Origin: Candidatus Babelota bacterium
GTDB lineage: Bacteria; Babelota; Babeliae; Babelales; Vermiphilaceae
Direction of reading: 5' to 3'
Assembly (NCBI GenBank): GCA_026389015.1
Contig: JAPLIR010000017.1
Location: 1 to 56,069, forward strand
DNA length: 56,069 nucleotides
Shown here piece by piece: positions 9,436 to 18,771 of this stretch. Numbering within the stretch: position 1 is the stretch's first letter; the number at the start of each line of letters is the position of its first letter. The notes under the pieces were generated by a model that had not been told where the DNA came from, searched no databases, and saw only the letters and a program-made list of their open reading frames with translations. The position numbers were made by a program, and so were the translations under genes.

Positions 9436-10438
9436 ATGAGCCGGCTGTTTGATATTCAATAACCCGTGTCTCAAAGAAATTCTTTTCCTTGTTCAAATCA
9501 GTTGCCTGACCCATCCAAGGTAATGGATTCTTCTTGCCATAGACTTTTGGCAAATCAATACGCTCTAAACGACGGTCAGCAATATATTCAACATAGGTGC
9601 AGAATTGGTCAGGGTTGATGCCAAGCACGCCTTGTGGACATGCATCAAAAGCATAGGTCTTTTCAAGAATCACTGATTGCTTAATAAGTTCAACAATCTC
9701 AGCTTGAAAGCTCTCAGTCCATGCTTCAGGGTTTTCAACCTTGATAGTATTAATCAAATCGCAACCAAATGCTAAATGAATGCTTTCATCGCGCATAATG
9801 TAATCAAATTGCTCGCCAATACCAACCATCTTGCCTTGACGCTTTAATGCAAGCATCATGGCAAAACCAGCATAGAAGAAAATGCCTTCCATAATTACAT
9901 AAAACCCAATAAGGTCATGTAAAAACTTCTGAACATTTTCAATGGTATCAGTTTGGAAGTTCGGATCAAGAATAGATGATGTCAACTTAACAACAAAGTC
10001 ATCTTTTGCTTTAATCGATGGCACTGTTTCATACATGGTGTAAATGTCATCAGGATTTAATCCTAATGTATCACAACAATAAATAAAGGTGTCAGTATGC
10101 ACTGCTTCTTCATATGCCTGACGCAATAAATATTGACGGCATTCAGGATTAGTCACGTGCTTATACACCGTGAGAACCAAATTGTTTGCTGTTAATGATT
10201 CTGCGGTGGAAAAAAAACCTAGATTCCACAAAATCATACGCCGCTCTGTATCGCTCAAGAATGTTGTTGACTTCCATTGCTCAACATCTTTTTGCATCGA
10301 AATTTCTTCTGGAGTCCAGTTATTTGCTACGCCATCTACATAATGTTGGCGCGCCCACAAATAACGCATAGGCAAAATCTTGTTAGGATTAATCGTGGAA
10401 TTATTTAGAATTCCTTGTACTTGTGACGACATAATCAT
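9425..10438 (-). CDS. nrdB: Ribonucleoside-diphosphate reductase, beta (R2) subunit
   Basis: 337 aa. Ferritin-like di-iron ligand pattern (EAVHTDTF..., EGIFFYAGFAMM, E..H), typical R2 length. Confidence 0.9.
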   Translation of the reverse strand: MIMSSQVQGILNNSTINPNKILPMRYLWARQHYVDGVANNWTPEEISMQKDVEQWKSTTFLSDTERRMILWNLGFFSTAESLTANNLVLTVYKHVTNPECRQYLLRQAYEEAVHTDTFIYCCDTLGLNPDDIYTMYETVPSIKAKDDFVVKLTSSILDPNFQTDTIENVQKFLHDLIGFYVIMEGIFFYAGFAMMLALKRQGKMVGIGEQFDYIMRDESIHLAFGCDLINTIKVENPEAWTESFQAEIVELIKQSVILEKTYAFDACPQGVLGINPDQFCTYVEYIADRRLERIDLPKVYGKKNPLPWMGQATDLNKEKNFFETRVIEYQTAGSLEW

Positions 10439-10456
10439 CCTTCTCTACGTTAAATA

Positions 10457-13021
10457 TTATTGACACACATCACATTCTGGGTCAGCTGAAATAGAACATG
10501 CCTTAGGCATTACATCTACAATAGCATCTTCAGTGATTATTTGTTTTTCTGGTGCAGCTACCGCTTGCTCGCCTTCCATCGCTTTATATTCACGCTTTTG
10601 GGTATAGCCAAACTTCTTAGCATCCAACGTAGATTTTTCAACCTGAGTTGCCGCAAGAGAGCGTAAGTAATAGAATGTCTTTAACCCGGCTTTCCAACCT
10701 GCAATGTACGTATCGCTCAATAATTTGCCCGACACGCCATTGATAAAGACGTTGTGTGATTGACTTTGATCAATCCACTTTCCACGAGCTGCAGTCAATT
10801 GAACCAACCAAATAGGATCGATTTCAAATACTTCTTTGTACTTATCTTTAATATTTTGTGGAATAGCTTCAATCTGTTGAACATTGCCATCGAAATATTT
10901 CAATTGATCGAGCATATCCTGGCTCCACAAGCCTATCTTTTTCAAATCATTGACAAGATAGCTGTTTACTACGGTAAACTCACCACTCATGTTTGCTTTT
11001 ACATAGATATTTTTGTAAATCGGTTCAATACAAGGGTAACAACCTGCAATGTTAGAAATGGTTGCTGTTGGTGCCAATGCCATGGTGTTTGAGTTGCGCA
11101 TGCCGTGAGCTTTGACATGTTCGCGTACCGGAGTCCAATCAAGACGTTCTGTGCGTGAAACGTTAATAGACTCACCGCGCTCTTCTTCTAGCAATGCTAA
11201 GGTATCAACAGGAAATAGATTACGATCCCACTTAGAACCTTTAAACGATTTATAAGCACCACGATCTTTTGCAAGCTCAGATGATGCAAGAATTGCATGG
11301 TAGGAAATCAATTCCATAACATTGTCAGCAAATTCTAGTGCGCGTGGATCATTGAACGGAATATCAAGATTATATAAAGCATCTTGAAAGCCCATGACGC
11401 CCAACCCTATAGGCCTGTGACGCATGTTTGCATTTTGTGCTTCGATGGTTGGATAGAAGTTAATATCAATAACGTTATCAAGCATACGTATTGCAAGCTT
11501 AACAGAATTGCCCAACATCACTTCATCAAGTTTACCATTAATAATATGGCGTCCTAAATTCACTGAGCCCAAGTTACATACCGCAGTTTCATCAGCTGAA
11601 GTATTCAAGGTAATTTCTGTACACAAGTTTGAACTGTGCACAACGCCAGCGTGATCTTGCGGTGAACGAACGTTGCATGCATCTTTGAAAGTAATCCACG
11701 GATGGCCTGTTTCAAAAAGACGACTTAACATCTTACGCCACAGCTGCTTGGCTTCTATAACTTTAAATTTGTTAATTTCGCCGCGCTGAGCCATTAATTC
11801 ATAGTGCTCATAACGCTGCTCAAATTGCTTGCCATAAATATGGTGTAAATCAGGCACTTCGTCTGGCGAGAACAATGTCCATGGACCGTCTGCCAACATA
11901 CGCTTCATGAAAAGATCAGGAACCCAATTTGCCGTATTGATGTCATGCGTTCTGCGACGCTCATCACCGGTATTTCTACGCAAATCAAGAAAATCTTCAA
12001 CATCTAAATGCCATGTTTCAAGATATACACAGGTTGCGCCACGACGTGAGCCACTACGATTAATGGCAGCAGTAACATCGTTAGCAATTTTCAAGAAAGG
12101 AACAACGCCCTGACTTTCAGTCTTGATGCTTCCAATATTTGAACCGGTTGCGCGTAAGTTTGTCCAGTCATTTGCAACACCACCAGACCATTTTGACAAT
12201 TGTGCATTGTCGCCCAAACATTTAAAAATGTGCTTGAGATCATCATTAATCGTGGTCAAGAAACATGAACTCAATTGCGGACGAGTCATACCGCTGTGCA
12301 ATAATGTTGGTGTACTTGGCACATATGCAAAAGTAGACATAAGATTATAAAACTCAACCACACGCTCATTTGCTTGATCTTCCATTAATGCAAGACCCAT
12401 CGCAACACGCATCCAAAATGTTTGTGGCAACTCAAGGCGACGACCATTGTGCTTGGTGAAATAACGTTCGTTAAGTGTTTTTAAACCCATGTATTCAAAG
12501 TTTGAATCGCGATCCAAACACATATGATTTGCTAAAAAGTCCAAATCATATTGTCCCATTCTTGGATCAATAATACCGTAGGTAATACCTTTTTTAATAC
12601 TCTCTATGAATGATTGGCGATAGTACACTGCAGCATCAGGGTGAGTGATGGAGCTTTGGGTAACTTCGTTAAACAATTTCTTTAGTAATAATTTTGCTGC
12701 CACGTTGCTGTAAGCAGGATCTTTCTCTATAAATGAGCAGGTCGAGAGAACAAGCGCATCTTCAAGCTCATGTGAAGGGATTCCATCAAAAATATTTTTG
12801 AGTGTTTCTTCTAAAATTAAATCAACAGAAACAAACTCAGCATAATCGTTTGTTGCCCATGTAATCGCCTGACGCATGCGTACGAGGTCTAACGTCTCCA
12901 CTGCTCCATCTTTTTTAGTGATAGAGAGCATTGCATTAATTACTGTCTCATTTTTTTGATCGCGTGTTGTATCGCTGTAGCCAAAAGTCTTTCCTGATAC
13001 CATATTATTTTCCTGATTCAT
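10457..13021 (-). CDS. nrdA: Ribonucleoside-diphosphate reductase, alpha (R1) subunit, class I with N-terminal ATP-cone
   Basis: 854 aa. Catalytic motifs including NLCTEI, with active-site cysteines. Immediately upstream of nrdB (18-nt gap). Confidence 0.9.
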   Translation of the reverse strand: MNQENNMVSGKTFGYSDTTRDQKNETVINAMLSITKKDGAVETLDLVRMRQAITWATNDYAEFVSVDLILEETLKNIFDGIPSHELEDALVLSTCSFIEKDPAYSNVAAKLLLKKLFNEVTQSSITHPDAAVYYRQSFIESIKKGITYGIIDPRMGQYDLDFLANHMCLDRDSNFEYMGLKTLNERYFTKHNGRRLELPQTFWMRVAMGLALMEDQANERVVEFYNLMSTFAYVPSTPTLLHSGMTRPQLSSCFLTTINDDLKHIFKCLGDNAQLSKWSGGVANDWTNLRATGSNIGSIKTESQGVVPFLKIANDVTAAINRSGSRRGATCVYLETWHLDVEDFLDLRRNTGDERRRTHDINTANWVPDLFMKRMLADGPWTLFSPDEVPDLHHIYGKQFEQRYEHYELMAQRGEINKFKVIEAKQLWRKMLSRLFETGHPWITFKDACNVRSPQDHAGVVHSSNLCTEITLNTSADETAVCNLGSVNLGRHIINGKLDEVMLGNSVKLAIRMLDNVIDINFYPTIEAQNANMRHRPIGLGVMGFQDALYNLDIPFNDPRALEFADNVMELISYHAILASSELAKDRGAYKSFKGSKWDRNLFPVDTLALLEEERGESINVSRTERLDWTPVREHVKAHGMRNSNTMALAPTATISNIAGCYPCIEPIYKNIYVKANMSGEFTVVNSYLVNDLKKIGLWSQDMLDQLKYFDGNVQQIEAIPQNIKDKYKEVFEIDPIWLVQLTAARGKWIDQSQSHNVFINGVSGKLLSDTYIAGWKAGLKTFYYLRSLAATQVEKSTLDAKKFGYTQKREYKAMEGEQAVAAPEKQIITEDAIVDVMPKACSISADPECDVCQ

Positions 13022-13500
13022 AATATCCTTACGTTCGTTGTATTTTTCTTCTCTATCTCCCTATGCTTATGAGCAGATCCGCCCAATCAATACTTTTTAT
13101 ATGTAAAAACTTTTCTAAGAGAAAAAAACAATCTTTCTTACTTATGATAATGTAACCGTTTAAGTACCTATAATCAAACATTTTTCTTAAATTTTTTCTC
13201 AAAAAATATTCTTAATTTTTTGTCGCCGCAAGATTCATTATTAGTCCTTTTTGTCAATAAATAAATCTCGGCAAGAACAAGAAATAGCATGAACCACACT
13301 CAATATTTGCTCACTCTGTCACATTAAAAAAATAGACATCAAGTCAATATTAAAAATGATTCAATGACCGTAAAAACCAATCAGGATATTAAGTTCATTG
13401 ACAAAAGAAACATACCTTATGATACACTCCCTACGTGGTCACAATGATCACAACAGTAAAAGAAAAACCATCAACTATATTTTATCTAAGAGGAGTTTTT

Positions 13501-14244
13501 ATGAAACGTCATACAACTATAACACAATTTTTTGCACCAGTAATGCTTCTGTCAATACTGCTCATCGCACAACCATTGCACGCAGCCGTTGTAAATGTAA
13601 CAAGCCAAGCACAATTCGATACCATCATAAAAGATGCACGCCCTGCATTAATTAAATTCTCCGCTGGATGGTGTGGTGCATGCACAGGCATTAAAAAGCC
13701 ATTTGAAGATCTTGCTAAAGATAAAGAATTCAGCAACGTTCAATTCGTGCAAGTCGATATTGATGCTGATGCAAATAAAACAGTCGCTCAAAAATACGGC
13801 GTTGTTGGTATTCCTACCGTAATCTATGTAGAAAATGGCGTAGTGAAAAATAAAGAGGTCGGCGTAAAAGATCCTTCAAGCTACAAGGATTCAGTACGAA
13901 AAAATCTTCGCACTCATTTTGGATCACTAAAAACAAATATAGATGTGCCTACCGATGTAGATGTGCCAGCAACAACATCTGCTCCTTCAGCCATGCCAAC
14001 CTCAGCGCCAGCTTCTGCAGCATCGGCTCCGATTGTCGTACCAACAACAGCTCCTGTAGTAGTTCCTACACAAACTCCTGCTCCGGTTATTGTAACCGCT
14101 CCAGTTGTTACAGAACCTGTAGTAGTTGCGCCAGCCACTGCTGTACCTGTAGCGCAACCAATGCAGCATGAAGAAGCTGTGTGTTTGCAAAAATTCAAGG
14201 CTTCTTTGTCATGGTCTTCACCAAAATCAAAGACGTTGTTATGA
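13501..14244 (+). CDS. Secreted thioredoxin-domain protein (active site WCGAC) with a Pro/Thr/Ala/Val-rich C-terminal linker-like region
   Basis: ORF opens at 13435. Start chosen at MKRH (13501), preceded by RBS agaggag. Signal peptide, motif FSAGWCGACTGIKKPFEDLAKD, then a PT-rich tail (APVVVPTQTPAPVIVTAPVVTEPVVVAPA). Confidence 0.7.
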   Translation: MKRHTTITQFFAPVMLLSILLIAQPLHAAVVNVTSQAQFDTIIKDARPALIKFSAGWCGACTGIKKPFEDLAKDKEFSNVQFVQVDIDADANKTVAQKYGVVGIPTVIYVENGVVKNKEVGVKDPSSYKDSVRKNLRTHFGSLKTNIDVPTDVDVPATTSAPSAMPTSAPASAASAPIVVPTTAPVVVPTQTPAPVIVTAPVVTEPVVVAPATAVPVAQPMQHEEAVCLQKFKASLSWSSPKSKTLL

Positions 14245-14310
14245 GCATTGTAAACTGGATCAAAGGTTTATTCAGCAAATAAAAGTTATTTTTCCAAAAC
14301 AACATCTCAC

Positions 14311-14345
14311 AAAAAACGGCGGGTTTTTTATCCCGCCGTTTTTTG
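14311..14345. terminator. Bidirectional rho-independent terminator between the convergent genes at 13501..14244 (+) and 14365..14907 (-)
   Basis: aaaaaacggcggg-ttttttat-cccgccgttttttg: 9-bp GC-rich stem flanked by an A-run and a T-run. Confidence 0.7.
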
Positions 14346-14364
14346 TTATTTACTTAAATCAAAT

Positions 14365-14907
14365 CTAATACTTAATAACCCTTACCGTACGTGGCACGAT
14401 AATAGATTCCCACTTATCTTTTTCTTGGAGATACCTATCATGCTGTACAACCATTTCAAAAAGAGCTTTAAGTTTTGGTATTAACGCTTCAATATCGATA
14501 AGAACCAACGCTGCGGTTGGGAAAGCATATCCCTTAATCTTTTCAAGACGTCTTTTGGTCTGCCCCATTTTATCAATACATGCGATTAACGCAGTCTTAT
14601 AACTTATAAAAGGAAAACTCTCAAATTCATTTAGTCCAGAACCCAACCATCGCTCTGCTGACCAACGATGTTTTTTCCATTCACTGTTTTTTTCTATAAC
14701 CACCATTTTTAATTGCTTGTCTCTTTGTGCATCATCTGGCAAATCAACTAAAGGTAAAACCTGTCCGAAATCTGCCACAGCAATCTTGTAATTATTCTGA
14801 GCCCGTGCAATAACCTTAAGTTGCTTATGCTCACTATGCCTACTTTGACGTGCGCAACCGGGCAATACAATAACTATCGACAGCGCAAACATAAAAATTT
14901 TATTCAT
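14365..14907 (-). CDS. Hypothetical lipoprotein (ORF opens at 14955; probable start MNKIFMFALSIVIVLPGC)
   Basis: Signal peptide ending in a lipobox-like LPGC. No recognisable domain. Confidence 0.45.
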   Translation of the reverse strand: MNKIFMFALSIVIVLPGCARQSRHSEHKQLKVIARAQNNYKIAVADFGQVLPLVDLPDDAQRDKQLKMVVIEKNSEWKKHRWSAERWLGSGLNEFESFPFISYKTALIACIDKMGQTKRRLEKIKGYAFPTAALVLIDIEALIPKLKALFEMVVQHDRYLQEKDKWESIIVPRTVRVIKY

Positions 14908-15054
14908 CCGCAACTCCCTATCATTAAAAAATGGTCCAACGCTATCAATAACCATACCAGTATCCTCTAACTATATCTTAGACCACAAGAACTATGATAT
15001 ATACAAGAGTATATAATGCCTGAGCCCAACCAGACAATAATAAGAGGAACTATC

Positions 15055-16074
15055 ATGAAATTTTCCACGGCAACCTTTAATCTAGAAAATCTCATTACAG
15101 CAGAAAAGCCCATTTACCATAATACAAGACCACGCTATGAGAAAAACCAATATCAACAAAAAATCAACTGGATTAAGACGCAATTGCTTAAAATGGATGC
15201 TGAAATTATAGGATTTCAAGAAGTTTTTGAAGAGCAAGCTCTACGAGATTGTCTTATTGATACCCCCTATGAACAATGGAATCTCGTGATGAATAGGCCA
15301 GAAAATGGCAAGCCTGCCAATGCATTGCTCAGCAAGTTCCCTATAATTTCGACACAAACCATAGAAGAAATTCCTTTTGAATTCAGCTTTTTTGATGATA
15401 AAAAAAAGACTGCTCAACAAGATGCCATTCACATAGCAATACCTATCAAAAAATTTTCTCGGGCGCTGCTTAAAGCAGAAATTCAAGTCACCGCCACAAC
15501 TTCAATACTGCTGTATGTTATACACTTAAAATCAAAACGTCCTATTTTACCCGATGGCCTTGATCGCGATCTGGCAAGTTACACAGATCTAGCACAAGGC
15601 AATATTCGTTCTTTAATCAGACGCGGCATCGAGTGCGCAGGCATTCGCGCCCTTATATCACGCGACATAGAGACAACACCTACAAAGCCACTTATCCTCG
15701 TCGGCGATTTGAATGACACTGACACATCAGTAACTAATCAAATCATACTCGGAGAGGCTCCGTTTCACCGGCTTCCAGAAGATATAAAGAAAAAAAAATG
15801 GGAGTACGTATTACAGAACTGTAAAGATATTCAAGCACGCAAAAGCATTGAAAATTTTTATTTTACCTACATTCATAATGGACACTATGAAAGCCTTGAT
15901 AACATATTTGTCAGCAATCATTTTGCAGAATTGAATCAAAACAGAATTGGGAGAGTTATCGATGTACGCCTTTATAACGATCACGTTATTGATGACACCG
16001 TTTCGTTAGATAAAAAACCTATTTTTGTAACCGATCATGGCCAAGTTGTTGCCAACTTTAAACTTTTTACCTAA
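15055..16074 (+). CDS. Endonuclease/exonuclease/phosphatase (EEP) family protein
   Basis: Start at MKFSTATFNLEN (RBS aagaggaa; ORF opens at 15016). EEP hallmarks: N-terminal TFNLEN, internal LVGDLNDT (GDxN) and C-terminal VTDHGQV (DH) motifs. Confidence 0.65.
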   Translation: MKFSTATFNLENLITAEKPIYHNTRPRYEKNQYQQKINWIKTQLLKMDAEIIGFQEVFEEQALRDCLIDTPYEQWNLVMNRPENGKPANALLSKFPIISTQTIEEIPFEFSFFDDKKKTAQQDAIHIAIPIKKFSRALLKAEIQVTATTSILLYVIHLKSKRPILPDGLDRDLASYTDLAQGNIRSLIRRGIECAGIRALISRDIETTPTKPLILVGDLNDTDTSVTNQIILGEAPFHRLPEDIKKKKWEYVLQNCKDIQARKSIENFYFTYIHNGHYESLDNIFVSNHFAELNQNRIGRVIDVRLYNDHVIDDTVSLDKKPIFVTDHGQVVANFKLFT

Positions 16075-16314
16075 ATAAACAAAAATAGGTAAAAAGTAAG
16101 CTCTACTGCATAATCACTTACACAACAGCTCCATAGAACTTCTACGATTTCTTTTCGCTTTACGCGATCTTTACATCGTGTCTGTTTATAGGTGCTTTCT
16201 TTCTACCTATTATCAGATTACCACAAATAATATTCAGATTGCAATAATAATTGTATCTTTGTTGATTTAAACCTGTAAACAGGGGTAATAATCTCATTTT
16301 TTGGCTTACTATCG

Positions 16315-16875
16315 CTAGGCTATTTCACACATAGTATCAATAAGACCCTGTAAGTCACCAAGTATTAAAATGAGTGCTCCCGCAAAAATACGATGCCCCA
16401 AAATATAATGCATATCATGAAGATCACTGGCAATATCAGTCAAAAAATCCAAATATTTGTTCTCTGAGAAATCTGAATCAACGGTGAATTTTTTAAATAA
16501 TTTTCCAAGACCTTTGAATGCTGCCCCAAAAAGTTTGAGCTGCTTAATGATATCCGGATCATTTTGTGCAAAAAAATACCCACTCATATAGGGTATCCAA
16601 CAACGATCAATACCAGTAAGTTCGGCATGTATATATGCCAGCTTGCTCTTAAACGTGTTGCCAAAAACTGACTGGAAAGTAGCCACAAAAGCTGGCAGAT
16701 CGTTCTCAACCACGCGCTTGATATTCGTATGTGCTAGCAACATCAAACGCTCGTATTCCGGAGCCTCTGAAGACAAAAACTTATCACAATCAGTGATCGC
16801 ATTGGATGCATCAACATTGAGCAGGTCTTGTGCCCGCACTAGAATATTAACACTCAATAAAAACAGCATAGCCAT
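16315..16875 (-). CDS. Hypothetical protein (start uncertain; long ORF opens at 17085)
   Basis: ORF 16315..17085 with a possible internal start at MAMLFLLSVNILVRA (signal-peptide-like). An overlapping small TM ORF at 16914..17108 lies in another frame; a frameshift is possible. Confidence 0.3.
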   Translation of the reverse strand: MAMLFLLSVNILVRAQDLLNVDASNAITDCDKFLSSEAPEYERLMLLAHTNIKRVVENDLPAFVATFQSVFGNTFKSKLAYIHAELTGIDRCWIPYMSGYFFAQNDPDIIKQLKLFGAAFKGLGKLFKKFTVDSDFSENKYLDFLTDIASDLHDMHYILGHRIFAGALILILGDLQGLIDTMCEIA

Positions 16876-17114
16876 CAAACAATGTTTCAACGATCTCTCC
16901 TTGCAATGTGGTATTATGATCGTGGCCAACGCCAAAAAATACCAAACGATGACCGACCACGTAACATTTGTATGCCATAGCTCATAAGCCACAAAGCAAA
17001 TAAGGCCACTAACAGGCGTAATAGAAAGGCTCCTGCAATGTATAAAAATAAGGCAGCACCTAGAGTAAGATAAAAGATGCCCCATGGATTTCCGCGATGT
17101 GAATACATGTGTAG

Positions 17115-17405
17115 TTACTCCTGTACTTTTTCAAAACGCAACAGTTCCTTGCCATCAATAGTTACGGTTCCGATAAACATTCCGAGTGGACGAGCCCAAA
17201 GAGCATGGTCGCCAAAATCTTCTGAGTCATATAATGCTTGATACATAACAACTTTTTGTAACGTTTCAGTGTGATGACCAATACCAATAATTTTGTAATA
17301 GTTGCCTTTGTAATGCCGATAAAGCTGCCCAGTCTCAGGCATTGCACCTTGTTCTATTGCTTGCGCAATTTCAATAAGAGGAATTGATTCGTGGTTCATT
17401 GACAT
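17115..17405 (-). CDS. DUF1653-family small protein
   Basis: 96 aa. Pattern YRHYKGNYYKIIGIGHHTET...VVY..LY....LWARPLGMF matches the DUF1653 conserved core. Confidence 0.55.
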   Translation of the reverse strand: MSMNHESIPLIEIAQAIEQGAMPETGQLYRHYKGNYYKIIGIGHHTETLQKVVMYQALYDSEDFGDHALWARPLGMFIGTVTIDGKELLRFEKVQE

Positions 17406-17417
17406 GTCGCATACCTT

Positions 17418-17915
17418 TTATAAACTATTTCCCTTTAATTTTTCTTGATCAGCTTCAATCAACCCCTGTTTATAGGCAGCCAAAGGTTCTATGAGTCCTT
17501 TTTGTTTGAAGTATCCATCAAACCATTGCCATGTCATTTTGGCATTATTGAGCTTTTTTTGTTTTGCTTCAAAAGCATCATCAAGCCTATCACACTGCTG
17601 AATAATGATAGTGCTTACATAATCAGATCCTGTCATATATTTTAATGTAGTAGCGCGGTTAATAGTAGAATGCTCTGTACTTAAGAAAATAAGTAACTCG
17701 GACGGCGAGTATACTAATCGAGGTTCTTGAATTATTTCCTGAAAAGCATTGTTAAAGTAAACATACAAAGCTAAACAGTCATCATCAATATTTTTAATAT
17801 CATGCGCGCATGCTTTAGATAGTTTAATCTTCGCTGGTGATAGCTCTGACTTTTGCTGGTCCATAGCAACAACAGGCGCCATATACAAACCGATCAATAA
17901 TATTTTTTTAATCAT
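17418..17915 (-). CDS. Hypothetical secreted protein
   Basis: 165 aa. N-terminal signal peptide MIKKILLIGLYMAPVVA. No recognisable domain. Confidence 0.45.
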   Translation of the reverse strand: MIKKILLIGLYMAPVVAMDQQKSELSPAKIKLSKACAHDIKNIDDDCLALYVYFNNAFQEIIQEPRLVYSPSELLIFLSTEHSTINRATTLKYMTGSDYVSTIIIQQCDRLDDAFEAKQKKLNNAKMTWQWFDGYFKQKGLIEPLAAYKQGLIEADQEKLKGNSL

Positions 17916-18031
17916 AACGATTCCCGTATAAAAATATTCCTGTGTTTTTTATACATAAGAATAGCCAAAAAGCCCTACACATGATACTTTTCTATATAAA
18001 AAAACCTGAAATAAATTCACAAGGACATTGT

Positions 18032-18349
18032 ATGAAATTATATCTACTGCATACAACGCTTGCACTTTTAACCACAACGAACTTGTACGCAATGAACCTA
18101 CAACAAAAAGAAGAGTCCAATAAAAAATCATTAATATGCCCAACGATGAATAAAGGCTTTGCCAGAGACTGGACTGTCGCAGAAATGGCTAACGCTGATA
18201 CATTCTTTGAAAAAGAAGTTCTCAAACAGAAGCTTAAAGACGCCGAACAATTACCAACGTGTCCTCATCTCGGTTTACTCGTGGCGGCAATGAGAAAAAT
18301 AGAAAAAGTTGAAAGAGATAGAGTTATCGAAAAAAACGAAAAGACTTAA
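18032..18349 (+). CDS. Hypothetical secreted protein (ORF opens at 17942; start at MKLYLL with RBS aaggac)
   Basis: Signal peptide MKLYLLHTTLALLTTTNLYA. No domain recognised. Confidence 0.4.
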   Translation: MKLYLLHTTLALLTTTNLYAMNLQQKEESNKKSLICPTMNKGFARDWTVAEMANADTFFEKEVLKQKLKDAEQLPTCPHLGLLVAAMRKIEKVERDRVIEKNEKT

Positions 18350-18360
18350 AAACTATAAGG

Positions 18361-18397
18361 AAAAGCCCCGGGGATTTAAACTCCCGGGGCTTTTTTA
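18361..18397. terminator. Bidirectional rho-independent terminator
   Basis: aaaagccccgggg-atttaaact-cccggggctttttt: 8-bp GC stem, A-run before and T-run after. Lies between convergent genes. Confidence 0.7.
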
Positions 18398-18436
18398 TTT
18401 CTGACACATAAATAGATGAGCTATTTTTTAGCTAAC

Positions 18437-18718
18437 TTATTTAACGTCCGCTGGTAACTCAGAAGCTGCTTCTGGAGCAGGCATTTCTGATGCATCTTGG
18501 CAATTAAGATCAGCAGATTTTGAAAGGTCTTGACCCTCAATCTTAGCATCTACTGCATCTACGGCATCTACTACTTGAGTTTCAGTAGCTTGTTCAGAAT
18601 GACAACATGATCCACAATGAGATCCTTGCGCTCTAGCGGCAGCAGCTTTTCTGAATCCATAGATCGACACTAAAAGTGCAAGTGAAGCAGCGGATATCAA
18701 CATGATATTTTTTTTCAT
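18437..18718 (-). CDS. Small secreted Cys/His-rich protein (HCGSCCH), acidic C-terminus
   Basis: Start at MKKNIM. Signal peptide. Cluster HCGSCCHSEQ could be metal-binding (inference). Confidence 0.35.
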   Translation of the reverse strand: MKKNIMLISAASLALLVSIYGFRKAAAARAQGSHCGSCCHSEQATETQVVDAVDAVDAKIEGQDLSKSADLNCQDASEMPAPEAASELPADVK

Positions 18719-18771
18719 AAATAATCCCATCGTAATGTAATAATAATAATGTAAATTAAACCAGTATTAAT

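Noticed and set aside
1495-12350. Short ORFs inside or antisense to zwf, nrdA, nrdB, glk, flotillin and the DEAD-box helicase (for example 1495..1704, 1949..2179, 6951..7172, 10760..11092, 11907..12350, 19108..19644, 21506..21700)
   Set aside because: They are embedded in well-supported longer genes on the opposite strand or in another frame. They are typical of AT-rich sequence and carry no conserved motifs.
13022-13500. Looked for NrdR boxes upstream of nrdA
   Set aside because: No convincing tandem 16-bp acaC-A-ATAT-T-Gtgt palindromes were found. Only a weak partial palindrome (tcacaatgatcac) sits next to the neighbouring trx gene.
13914-14198. Minus-strand ORFs inside the Pro/Thr-rich tail of the thioredoxin-domain gene
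   Set aside because: Antisense to a low-complexity GC-rich region. No start context.
16914-17108. 64-aa hydrophobic ORF overlapping the 5' part of 16315..17085
   Set aside because: It could be a real small membrane protein or the N-terminus of the neighbouring gene if there is a frameshift. The evidence is insufficient either way.
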